Assembly: GCF_004010195.1 (NCBI RefSeq)
Contig: NC_057720.1
Span: forward strand, 25,645,007-25,685,943
Length of the DNA stretch: 40,937 nucleotides
DNA from: Chiloscyllium plagiosum
Lineage: Eukaryota
Direction of reading: 5' to 3'
The notes below the pieces were generated by a model, which made no database searches, was not told where the DNA came from, and saw nothing but the letters and a program-made list of their open reading frames with translations. Position 1 is the stretch's first letter. The number at the start of each line of letters is the position of its first letter. Below, piece by piece: positions 22,926 to 34,084 of the stretch. Both the position numbers and the translations under genes were made by a program.

Positions 22926-23469
22926 ATGGTGATATGCTTAGTGGTAGTATTCCTGTTCCAGAGCTTTAAAGTATGGTTCTGGCTTTCTTTAACAGCCTGG
23001 TCAGTGAAGTTCAGGGCTCAGAATGCCCTGACATCCTTGAAGTGTGTTTACTTTTCATGAGGATGTTGACCTCCAGGTAAAAGGCAAGTGGGGCTCTGTA
23101 GCCTTGATTGCAGCCCATGAGATGGATCTCTAAAGATGGAAATTGCAAAGCAAAAAGAAAACAGTTCAGCTGCCTTCTGCCCTGGTCAGTTGTTTAAGAA
23201 TCTCATATTGAGATTTGAGCTAGGACCTGCTGTAATGGACAAATATAGATGCACAAAGCACACAAATGGGCTGCTTTTTACAGGCCCTCCCTGGTGGTGG
23301 TTTGTAGGCTGGGTGAGCCTATGAAGTGCCACGATGGACATAACTGCTGTCTTCCCATCTATCTTGCCACTGCTGCAATTTACTGATAACAGATGAGGTG
23401 TTGGATGGCCCACCAACTGTGGGCAATTGAGATGGTGTAATTGATGGGTCACCACCAAACTAGCAATTT

Positions 23470-23850
23470 TCTTTTATTCGTTGATGTGATGTGGGCAGAT
23501 CTGGCTGGGCCAGCATACATTGGCCATCCTTAGTTTCGCTTGAGAAGGTGGTAGGGGGCTGAGTTATTGAACCAATGCAGTCAATTTGTCATAGGCACAC
23601 TCTCAACACCATTAGGAAGGGCTAATGCCCAAAATGTCGATTCTCCTGCTCCTCGGATGCTGCCTGACCTGCAGTGCTTTCCCATCACCACACTCTCGAC
23701 CATTAGGAAGGGACTTTAGATAACCCCTTCCAAGCCTAAGACCACGTCCATCTAGAAGGGCAGGTGGGGCAGCAAATGCACAGGAGCATCAACCCTTGCA
23801 TGTTGCCATCCAAGCCAGACTTGGAAATGTATTGCTTCTTCATCAGAATT
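23470..23850. mobile_element. Rearranged fragments of the second LINE family 3' UTR (minus, then plus)
   Basis: Similarity to 11380-11660 in both orientations. Confidence 0.6.
23622..23698 (+). mobile_element. Short Penelope-terminal-repeat-derived insertion
   Basis: 14-bp TSD accattaggaaggg (23608-23621, 23699-23712); begins within hammerhead stem II (gggc-taat-gccc). Confidence 0.85.
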
Positions 23851-23914
23851 TAGATGTTTTTACTTCTTTCATTTCTTATGAATTCAGGGTCAAGTATCTA
23901 ACTGCTATTGTCAA

Positions 23915-26690
23915 TATAAGACCATAAGAATAGAAATTAGGCCATTCAGCCCACTGAGTCTGCTCTGCCATTCAATCATGGCTAATAGGGTTTTCAAAGC
24001 TGAAAATGTGTTGCTGGAAAAGCGCAGCAGGTCAGGCAGCATTCCAGCAACACATTTTCAGCTCTGATCTCCAGCATCTGCAGACCTCACTTTCTCCTAA
24101 TAGGGTTTTCAACCCCATTATCCCACTTTCTACCTGTGACCTTTGATCCCCTTGGCAATCAAGAAATTATCTATCTCTGTCTTAAATATACTCAATGACC
24201 TGGCCTGCGCAACCCTCTGTGGCAATGAATTCCACAGATTTATCATTCTCTGGCTCAAGAACTTTTAAAAATCTCCGTTCTAAATGGTCTCCCCTCAACT
24301 GTAAGACTGTGCCCTCGGGTCCTCATCTCTCTTGCCAATGGAAATATCTTCCCAATGTCCACTCTGACCAGGTCATTCAGCATTCTGTAAGTTTCAATCA
24401 GATCCCTCCCCCATACTTCTAAACTCCATTGAATATAGTCCAAGAGTCCTCAAACATTCCCCATATCCTAAGCCTTTCATTCCTGGGACCATCCTTGAGG
24501 ACCTCCTCTGGACCCACTCCAGGGCCAGTACATCTTTGCTGAGGTATGTGGCCCAAAATTGCTCACAATACTCTAAATGTGGTCTGGCCAGAGACTTAAA
24601 AAACCTTAGAAGTACATCCCTCCTTTTATATTCTAGTCCTTTCAAGATGAATGACAACATTGTATTTGCCTTCCTAATTATTGAATCAACTTGCAAGTTT
24701 ACCTTAAGAGAATCCTAGACTAGGACTCCTAATTCCCTTTGTAATCCAGATTTCTTAATTTTGCTTCCCATTTAGGAAATAGTCCATGCCTCTATTCTTC
24801 CTCCTAAAGTGCATGACCTCACACTTTCCAACATTGTATTTCATCTTTGCCCACTCTCCTAAAACTGTCTAAATCTATCTGCAGCCTCCCTGCCTCTTCA
24901 GTACTACCTGCCCCTCCACCTATCTTTATATCATTTGCAAACTTAGCCAGAATGCCCTCAGTTCCTTCATCCAGATAGTTAATATATAAAGTGAAAAGTT
25001 GTGGTCCCGACACTGACCCTTGTGGAATACCACTAGTTACTGTCTTCCATCCTGAGAAATACCCTTTTATCCCTACTCCCTTCCTTCTGGTAGACAGCTA
25101 ATCTTGTCTCCACGCTAGTACCTTGCGTCCACACCATGGGCCCTTATCTCACTCAGCAGCATCCTGTACTGCACCTTATCAAAGACCTTCTGGAATTCCA
25201 GATAGATAGCATCCATTGGCTCTCACCTGTCTAACCTGTTCTTTACCTCCTCAAAGAATTCCAGCAGATTTGTCAGGCATGACATCTCCTTGATGAAACC
25301 ATGCTGACTTTGTCCTATTTCACCATGCACTTCCAAGTATCCAGAAATCTCATTCTTCACAATGGACTCCAAAATCTTATCAATGACTGACGTCAGGCTA
25401 ATTGGCCTGTAATTTCCCATCTTCTGCCTTCTCCCTTCTTAAACGGGAATTACATTAGCAATTTTCCAGTCCTCTGGAGCCCTTCCCGACTCCAGTGTTA
25501 CCAGAAAGATCACTACTAAAGGGTCCACTATCTCTTCAGTTATCTCCTTCAGAACTCTAGGGTGTAGCCCATCTGGCCCAGGTGATTTGTCCACTTTCAG
25601 CCCTTTCAGTTTTTCTAGCAACTTCTCTTTGATGATGGCCACCATACTCACCTCTGCCCCCAACTCTCTTGAATTTTTGGAATATTAGTCATGTCTTCGA
25701 CCATGAAGACTGATGCAAAGTACTTATTCAGTTTCTCATCCAATTTTAGTTCCCCATTACCGGTTTTCCAGCATAATTTTCTAGCTGCTCAATGTCCACC
25801 TTTGCTTCTCTTTTGCCCTTTATGTTTCTAAAAAAAAAACTCTTGCAATCTTCCTTCATATTACTGGCTAGTTTACCATCTTCTTCCTTATTTCTTTCTT
25901 CATTGCCCTCTGTTGGTCTTTGTAGGCTTCCCAATCCTCTGGCTTCCCACTTCCCTTTGCCACATTATATGCTTTCCTTTTTGCCTTTATGCTGTCCCTG
26001 ACTTCCCTGGTCAGCCATGGTTGCCTCATTTTCCCTTTAGTATGTTTCTTCTTCCTTGGGATGTATTTTTTGCTGTGTTTCTCAAATTACTCCCAGAAAC
26101 TCCTGCCATTGCTGTTCCACTGTCTTTCGTGCTAGGCTCCTCTCCCAGTCAATTCTACCCAGTTCCTCCCTCATGTCTCTGTAGTTGCCTTTACTCAACT
26201 GTAATACCGTACATTTGATTCCACTTTCTCCCTTTCAAACTGCAGAGTAAATTCTATTGTATTATGCTCACTGCCTCCCAAGGGTTCCTTTACCTTAAGC
26301 TCCCTTATTAAGTCTGCCTCATCGCACAACATTACATCCAGAATCACCCGTTCCTTAGTGGGCTCCACCACAAGCTACTCCAAAAAGCCACCTCATTGAA
26401 ATTCTACAAATTCCTTTCCTTGTGATCCACTATTAACCTGATTTTCCCAGTCCACCTTCGCATTGAAATCCCCCACGATCACTGTAACCTTGCTTTTCTT
26501 ATAAGCCTTTCTTATCTCTTGGTGTATCTTATGCCCCAATTCCTGACTACTGTTTGGAGGCCTCTAGGTAACTCCCATTATGGATTTTTTTAGCCTTTGC
26601 AGTTCCTCAATTCTACCCTCGCAGATTCTACATCATCTGACCCTACTTTGTTTATTGCTATTAATTTAATTACATTCAAGAGCAATATAA
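23915..26690 (-). mobile_element. CR1 LINE, ~2.75 kb, APE through 3' tail, degraded
   Basis: Minus ORFs KVDKSPGPDGLHPRVLKE, GNYRPISLTSV, QHGFIK..CLTNLLEFFE, KFANDIKIGG, RPHLEYCEQFW; tail near 23917. Confidence 0.95.
23998..24096 (+). mobile_element. Partly inverted Penelope-terminal-repeat-derived insertion nested in the CR1 3' UTR
   Basis: 16-bp TSD ctaatagggttttcaa (23982-23997, 24097-24112). 22-bp inverted arms at 23998-24019 and 24042-24063. Confidence 0.9.
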
Positions 26691-27109
26691 AGAGCATAAT
26701 CATGATTTCAGTGGCCCAGATATTCTGACTGGGGAGAGAATTGTTGGAAAGTATAGATTGGAGCTGCATGTAGGGACCACTCAGAATCCCTGACACTGCT
26801 GACTCTGTGGGAATGCCCAGAAAAATGAAGTTTACAATGGTCAATTTTCCTGTTTCTGGAAACCTAAGAAAGAGTCCATTTGAGCTGGAGAATTTGGAGA
26901 GTTCTGACTCACTTAGGCTTGATAGTTACCCAAGAGGTATTAGTGGATGAAAATTTGACTCTAACTCCTGGCATCTATTAAACTAACCCACTGTTTCACA
27001 TCACCATTGATCGTTCCCAAAAGTATACCTAACCCAAACACTCAGACCTCCACAACTATTACATCCTCTAGACCTCTGATGACTACCTACTGAGCAGAGG
27101 GAATTTTAA

Positions 27110-27580
27110 GTGGGACAGTGGGAAATTTTTTACTTTGGCCAAAAAGGATAGAGAAGCAATATTTTATTTAAATGTAGAAAGATAGCAAATTCTGCTGTAA
27201 TGAGGGTTGTCTTTGTGCATACATCGTAATTAAAATGTAGGTACAACAAGTGTTTAGGAATTCAAGGAGAATGAAATATATAAGTAGAGATGATTTGCTA
27301 TGTTTGTGCAGAGATCACATCTGAAGTACTGCGTACAGTTTTTGTCTTCTTCTTCTGAAAAGGTATAATAACATTAGCAACAGTTCAGAGAAGATTCATA
27401 GCACTGATTCATGGAATGCTGGAGGCTAACTTATGAGGAAAGGTTGAGCCTGTAATCTTTAGAGTTTAGAAGAATGAAAGGGGATCTTATTAAAACACAA
27501 ATGTTCTTCAGTGGAATTGCCAGTGCGGATTCGAAAAAGATGTTCACCCTGATGGGAAGGACTAAAACCAGGACGTAGTT
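27110..27580 (+). mobile_element. Old CR1 fragment
   Basis: HLKYCVQFLSS, VQRRF, YEERL and EFRRMKGDLIKT remnants. Confidence 0.75.
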
Positions 27581-27589
27581 CAAATTTTT

Positions 27590-27895
27590 TAACTCACTAG
27601 TGGGATGTATATGACTGGCCCTGATGGCATTTATTGCCTGCCTGTCCCTAATTGCCCTTTAGAAGGTGGTGGTGAGCTGCCTGCTTGAGCTGCAATCCAC
27701 AATGCCATAAGGGAGGGAATTCCATGATTGCACCCAGCGACAGTGAAGGAACGGCACTATACTTCCAAGTCAGGATGGTGAGTGGCTTGGAGGGCAACTT
27801 GCAAGCGGTGGTGTTCGCATGGATTTGCTGCCCTTGTCCTTCTAGATGGAAGTAGTTGTGGGTTTGGAAGGTGCTGTCTGAGGATCTTTGGCATA
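27590..27895 (-). mobile_element. 3' UTR of the second LINE family
   Basis: Reverse complement of ~11360-11660. Confidence 0.85.
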
Positions 27896-28004
27896 CAACG
27901 TTTCCATGTTCACTTTTGCCTGTTGTTTTTCCAGTGACCTTCTCACTTGGTGATAAATGATAAGATAAATGTTGAACGTAAGCAATAGGTGTGTGTGTGA
28001 AAGG

Positions 28005-28265
28005 GATAGGAACATTGAACTGGGTGTGGGCCAATCAGCCCATTGAACCTGCTCTGCTCATTAATATGAACATGGCTGATAGTACATTCCGATGCCTTTT
28101 ACCCAGACTTTGATCTCTTCCTGAGAAGGTCGTGAAAGCAGAAGTTTTGAATATTTTTAATACAGACGTCGCTTCTTGGTGAACAAGGGTGAATGTCTAT
28201 TATTGAATGGTGGAGCGGGCCCGAGGGATTGGATAGCCTATCCCGCTCCATGTTTATATGTTCTT
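28005..28265. mobile_element. CR1 3' tail fragments in opposite orientations
   Basis: ggccaatcagcccattgaacctgctctg (minus tail) followed by gaatggtggagcgggcccgagggattggatagccta (plus tail). Confidence 0.6.
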
Positions 28266-29274
28266 TTTCTTCCCTCTCCATCAACCATTTATTGAATACA
28301 TTTATGAGCATTGATGTAATTTAAACACAATCTCAAAACCCCGTGCCTACACAACATAATACTGCATTGTGTAATAAAACTCCTATCTCTATATCCTTTG
28401 GTTCTACATCCCTGAATCTAAAATTAGAAAGGCATAAACAGAAAGGTATACACACATTTCGCAGGCAACACACAGAGACAGATGCATATACAGATGTGTA
28501 CAGATGCACAGGAGGAAATATGTAAGTGTAACCTTAAACTTACAGATATTCAGATGCACATTGCCAGAACATACATACTGACCTCTAATATTACATGCAG
28601 AGAGAAGCAAGTGTGCAAACACATGAATGATTAAAGGCATTTCAAAGTTAAAAATGGTTTGTTTGGTTGCCTGGGAGAATTTTTTTCTCATTTGCCCTCC
28701 TAAGGTGCTTCAGTTTATTGCTTAATTACGTTCTTTCCCTTTTCTATTCAGTACATGGCAGCTGTACCACCCATAGCATTCTCTCCAGCGTTAGTCACTG
28801 GGGATGTGCAATCTTTAGCTGGCTGCTGCTATATTTAAACTCATGACACTTTCCCCATTCCAGTCCATTCACCCTGCAAGTGCTGCAGCAACAAATCAAC
28901 CAAAATATGACCCTTAAAATTAATGCTTCATTTATGGATGGAGCGAGGGAGAGAACTGATTCCAAGAACATTCCTGAACTTGGCTTCATTTATTTTTAAT
29001 TTCCTTTCCCTGAAGTATGTGACACTTTTCAGCTTTTCAGGACCGTTATCCTACTGGAAATACTCCGCTATGTTTGGTTGAATATTCTATAACTGTTACA
29101 TTAGTAGGGTGGCGGTGGGTCATATGTGGTAATTGCTGCCAACTCCTTGGTTAAAATCTGGTGTAATATCAAGGGATGGGAAAGTAGTCCTTATCATTAC
29201 ATTACCCCCTGACTGAAATAATTTCTTGTGTTAATGAAAGTCTATTGTATGAACTGGCTGGACTCTGACCTGTC

Positions 29275-29369
29275 TCATTCCTGATGAAGTGCTTATGCCT
29301 GAAATGTCAATTCCCCTTCTCCTTGGATGGTGCCTGACCTGCTGTGCTTTTCCAGCACTATACTCTTGA
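29275..29369 (+). mobile_element. Short Penelope-terminal-repeat-derived insertion with hammerhead-like core
   Basis: ttcCTGATGA-A-GTGC-TTAT-GCCT-GAAA-TGTC at 29278-29308; 17-bp TSD with 2 mismatches (29258-29274, 29370-29386). Confidence 0.8.
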
Positions 29370-29495
29370 CTGGAATCTGACCTGCCAAGGCCATTTTCTT
29401 AATGGGTTGAGAATTCATTGATGATGTCACACTTCCTTTAAGTTGCATCCAGCCACATACTGTTGTTGGATTGAGTGGAAAAGTTATCATAGACA

Positions 29496-30845
29496 TAAAA
29501 ATAGAAAATGCTTGAAAAACTCAGCAGGTCAGGCAGCATCAGTGGAGAGAAATCAGAGATAACATTTCAGGTCCAGTGAATAAAAACTGACTAACTGTGG
29601 ATGCTGGACCTGAAACGAAAATGCTGATTTCTCTACACAGATGCTGACACACCCACTGAGCTTTTCCAGCAATTTCTGTTTATGTTTCAGGTCCAGTGAC
29701 CCTGCTGTTAAAATGATTGTAGCTAGGGAAAGGTTGGTATATGCTGAAGCTGGATTAGGGATAGGGAGAAAGAGCTGGAGAGATAGTTGGAGCTGCAGCT
29801 CAGAGAGAGAGACAACAACAGTTGTACAGACAAAGACAGGGTAACGTTCCGTCTGGGAAAATTAATATCTGCGAATGGGGACCGTGAATGGCTGGCGATG
29901 GCTTGTTTGTAATATGAAGAGATTATACTCAAAACAATCAACTCTCCTGCTCCTTAGATGCTGCCTGACTGGCTGTGCTTTTCTAGCACCACGCTTTTTG
30001 ATTCTGAACTCTACCTCCTGCAGTCCTCACTTTAACGTGTTAGTAATAGCAGCCCATGTGATGTCAAGTCTTGGTGTCTGGGGATTAGGGTAAATTAAGG
30101 CCTACTATCACTATCCAAAGCCTCAAACACACTTTTCATGTGAAGCAGTGATATACATGCACTGCACTCAATCTAGTCTACTGTATTCACTGCTCATAAT
30201 GTCATCCCCCGTATATTGAGGAAACAAAATGCAGACTGGGTGACTGCCTCGCAAAACACCTGTATTCTGTCTGCAAAACTGACCCTGAGCTTCCAGTTGC
30301 CTGCCATTTCAACACAACACCTAGTTCCCTGGCCAACCCCTCTGTCTCAGGCTTGTTGCAGTGCTCCAGCGCGAACAGGAAGAACAACACCACATTTTCT
30401 GCTTAGGGACCCTGCAGATTTCAGGACTCACTATCGAGTTCATTAATTTTAGGATCTGAGCACCTTCTCCCAAGTCCCTATCTCACCCCTCACACACCAA
30501 GGCCATGTCATCACACGGACTGCTACCACAACCATCCCATTGTCACTGACTAATAGTTCCCACTGCAACTATCATGCCTCCAGGCTGATCTTTACCTATT
30601 CCTTTGTCTGTCCAAGTGTTCTCTCCTTCTGGGCTCCATCTCCACCTATCACTTACTCCTCCACCCACACTCCTAAAGTATATAGCATACATACCAACCT
30701 TTTGTTAGCTACAATCAATTCTGAAGGAGAGTCATTGGACCTGAAATATTAACTCTGCTTTCTCTCCACAGATACTGCCAGATCTTCTGATATTTTCCAG
30801 CAATTTCTGTCTTAGTTTCTGATTTCTAACAAGCGCTGTTCTTTG
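29496..30845 (+). mobile_element. Second Penelope-like family: inverted terminal repeat (~29496-30095), then GIY-YIG C-terminus and forward terminal repeat
   Basis: ~30130-30320 translates HTFHVKQ*YTCTALNLVYCIHCS*CHPPYIEETKCRLGDCLAKHLYSV..LPVACHFN. ~29760-30090 is a diverged reverse complement of ~30470-30700. Decayed hammerhead core at 30721-30750. A nested short insertion at ~29915-30037 has an 11-bp imperfect TSD. Confidence 0.85.
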
Positions 30846-30919
30846 GCCTCTTATGAGACATCAAACCCAATTTAATAATAAGTTGGCATTACTGTCACTC
30901 AAACATTCCGATGTTCATA

Positions 30920-31046
30920 ACAGTCTACTGAAGGAACAGGGCTCTGAAAGCTAATGCTTTCAAATAAACCTGTTGGACTAAAGGCTGGTATTGTGTGATT
31001 TTCAAATTTTGTACACCCCAGTCCAACACCGGCTCCTCCAAATCAT
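30920..31046 (+). mobile_element. Terminal-repeat fragment of a further probable Penelope-like family
   Basis: ctactgaaggaacagggctctgaaagctaa resembles a decayed CTGATGA-A-GGAGC..GCTCC-GAAAGCT core, followed by aataaacctgttggact...ccagtccaacaccgg. Confidence 0.55.
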
Positions 31047-31361
31047 TTCTTTTGTTGAGAGCAGTTACATTGTTCACTCGCAATTGGATTCCGAGCTTGC
31101 TGAAGTTCTTCACTAGACTGTAGAATTTTAAGGCCGATGTGCATGTTTCTGCTCAGACATTAGAAGTATTGGTTTCTGATAACACACCCTTTTCCACATA
31201 GTGTTGGTTGCTGTATTTTAAGCTTATCCTTAGCATTCCTTAGATGTTGAGAGGTATTCTGTCTGCTCTTGCAGTTCTCTGTCTGAGAGTTGTGATTTCA
31301 TTCACTTCAATGAAGGGCTATTTTTCCCCCAGTTAATACAGTGATACTCACCCTCGTCATC

Positions 31362-31660
31362 GAATCACAGAGTCATAGAGATGTACAGCACAGAAAGAGA
31401 CCCTTCGGTCAACTCGCCCATGTCGACCAGATATCCTAATGTAATCTAGTCATATTTGCCCATGTCTCTCTAAATCTTTCCTATTCATATACCATCCAGA
31501 CAACTTCTAAATGTTATAATTGTATTAGCCTCCACCGCTTCCTCTGGCAGCTTATTCCATACATGGACTACTCTCTGCATGAAAAAGTTGCCCCTGAGGT
31601 CCCTTTTAAATCTTTCCCCACTCACCTTAAACTTATGCCCTCTAGCTATGGACTCCCCCA
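31362..31660 (-). mobile_element. CR1 3' end
   Basis: agagtcatagagatgtacagc is the reverse complement of the tail at 36220-36240. Confidence 0.9.
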
Positions 31661-31671
31661 GTTGGTTTGAT

Positions 31672-33154
31672 AATTTAGATTTAGATTTTATTGTCAGGTG
31701 TACTTAAGTACAGAAGTACAGGAGCATAGTGAAAAGCATCTAATGTTGCCAAACATGGTGCCATTTTAGGTACTTTGTACCTAGGTACCAAAAAAAACTT
31801 AGTTACAAAGTAGTAAGAGAAGCGATAGCTAAAAGGTTAACCATTACTTGATAGAATAGTAGCAACATAAAGAAATAGGTAATAGTTTACATTAAAGGCT
31901 TTTCTAGTTTGTTCTAGGACACTAAAGGAATAAGTTAAAAGTTCAACAGTCTTTAATGAGTCCTCCGCTTATCTTGCTCTCCAGGGAGACCTCAGCTGTC
32001 TGTTCCTGACACCACCACTGCAGGTATTGTTGCTGCTGATGAAACTGTTGCCTGTCCAATCTCTCCCGATGACTTGAGAATATGCCTGGGTAGGATCAAC
32101 TCGCATGCTGAGCCGAGACACTGCCCTGGGCCACCAAGAGAGCAGGCCAGGACCTGCCTCGAGTTGCTGAGAGACCAGGCCGGGTCCCACCTTGAGCTGC
32201 AGAGAGAGCAGGCCGGGTCCCACTGTGAGCTGTGGAGAGATCAGGCTGGGTCCCACCATGAGCTGCCGAGAGACCAGGCTTGGACCCAACACGAGCCGCT
32301 GAGAGACCAGGCTGTGACACGCCATGAGCTGCTGAGAGACCAGGCTGGGACCCAACACGAGCCGCTGAGACACCAGACTGGGAACCACCATGAGCTGCCA
32401 AGAGACCAGGCTGGGACCTGCTGAGAGACCAGGCTGCGACCCACTGTGAGCCGCTGAGAGACCAGGCTGGGACCCGCTGAGAGACCAGGCTGGGACCCAC
32501 CATGAACTGCTGAGAGACCAGGCTGGGACCCAACACGAGCCGCTGAGACACCAGGCTGTGACCCGCTGTGAGCTGCTGAGAGACCAGGCTGGGACCCACC
32601 ATGAGCCACTGAGAGACCACGCTGGAACCCACCATGAGCCGCTGAGAGACCCAGGCTGGGACCCACCATTAGGGGCTGAGAGACCAGGCTGGGACCCACC
32701 ATGAGCTTCTGAGAGACCAGGCTGGGACCCACCATGAGCCGCTGAGAGACCAGACTGGGACCCACCATGAGTCGCTGAGAGAACAGACTGGGACCCACCA
32801 TGAGCCGCTGAGAGAACAGACTTGGACCTGCCATGATATCCTGAGAGACCAGGCTCCGTCCCACCATGAGCCATTGAGAGAAGAGGCTGGGACCCACCAT
32901 GAGCCACTGAGAGACCAGGCTGGGACCCACCATGAGCTGTTGAGAGACCAGGCTGGGACTCACCATGAGCCGTTGAGAGACCAGGCTGGGACACACCATG
33001 AGCCGTTGAGAGACCAGGCTGGGACACACCAAGGGACCTAAAACACCAAAAGGGGGATAAATGAGTAAAAAAGGGGAGAAAAGGGGAGAAAAGAGCAGTA
33101 AATGGACGGGGTGGAGGAGCTCTGGTTGGAACGTACTACTCTGCTACCATCTTG
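31672..33154 (-). mobile_element. Probable non-autonomous LINE-derived element carrying a minisatellite
   Basis: On the minus strand it starts CAAGATGGTAGC (CpG-decayed YY1-type CAAGATGGCGGC) at 33154 and ends tgacAATAAA(atctaa)2 near 31672-31697. No RT found, no TSD found. Confidence 0.55.
32140..33030. repeat. 33-bp GC-rich minisatellite, ~27 units
   Basis: Unit gagagaccaggctgggacccaccatgagccgct. Some units are shortened by ~11 bp (near 32410 and 32470). Units are more uniform toward 33030. Confidence 0.97.
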
Positions 33155-33539
33155 CCTGGAATATTCAAACAAATTGCCTGTTATCCCTCAGAAGGTTTGA
33201 TTGCTATCTTCTAAAGGCATTCCGTAATGATATGTCTTCTAATGAGGCTCTGTTTGGCATGCTGGTTTCTTTCAAAAGATTCTTGCTAAATGGTGTTTAC
33301 CTTACTGTGTGTGTAAGGATTAGTCATGTTCTGGTTCAATAATTGTTTTTACGCCTTTTCTGGAAATGTTCCACTTTCTTACAAAAGTTGAGTTTGCACG
33401 ACAAAGCTGGACATTATTTCTTCTTAAATGATCTTTTTAACTCCTCATCTGGGACAGTGTCTTCTGACATCAAAGGATTTAAAGGCACTTTGTATTAGTC
33501 TCTCACATGATGCTTTTGTGTCTTTTTATCCAAGGACAT

Positions 33540-33768
33540 CTGATGAGGAAGACGAAGGAGGAATTTCTTTCACCAGAATGTGGTGAATCTGTGGAACTCA
33601 TTGCCACAAAAGACTGCTAAGGCCAAGGCATTGAATGAATTTAAGACAGAGACAGCTAGGTTCTTGATTAGTAAGAGGGTCAAAGGTTATGGGGAGAAGG
33701 CAGGAGAATGGGTTGAAAAATGTATTGAATGGCCTACTTCTGTTCCTATATCTTGTGGTCTTATGATC
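33540..33768 (+). mobile_element. CR1 3' end
   Basis: RRNFF..VVNLWNSLPQK..FKTETARFLISK..GYGEKAGEW plus tail. Confidence 0.9.
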
Positions 33769-34084
33769 TCTTTGAAACAGGTTGGCTTTCTGTCCCCATC
33801 TTTCAGTTATGCTGTTTTTAGATTTCAGCTTCTACTACTATCTGGATCATTTGTTCCATGAAAGCCATTTTTGATTGTAACAAACCTGAAAGAAAAGGAT
33901 CAGAAATTCTGGCAATGTTCTGTCTTGAATTAGCTTTTGTTGTAAATCACAAAATTCTGATAATGTGTAAACATTCATAGCTGCATTAATAGATTCTCCA
34001 GGAAGCTGTCTTCTTCTGCCAAAGCTTGGTCTCTCCATTATACAATTGGTATTGATGCAAAGTAATCATCAAATGTTCTTACAA

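Noticed and set aside
28330..28630. ORFs in the CA/TA-rich tract
   Set aside because: Low-complexity, decayed microsatellite-like sequence.
32140..33030. CRISPR-like array or genuine 352-aa repeat protein gene
   Set aside because: Units are head-to-tail with no unique spacers and no cas genes. The ORFs follow from a stop-free 33-bp unit and change frame at shortened units.
32140..33030. CTGAGAGA in each unit as a tandem hammerhead core
   Set aside because: No GAAA box, stem II or cleavage-site arrangement accompanies it.
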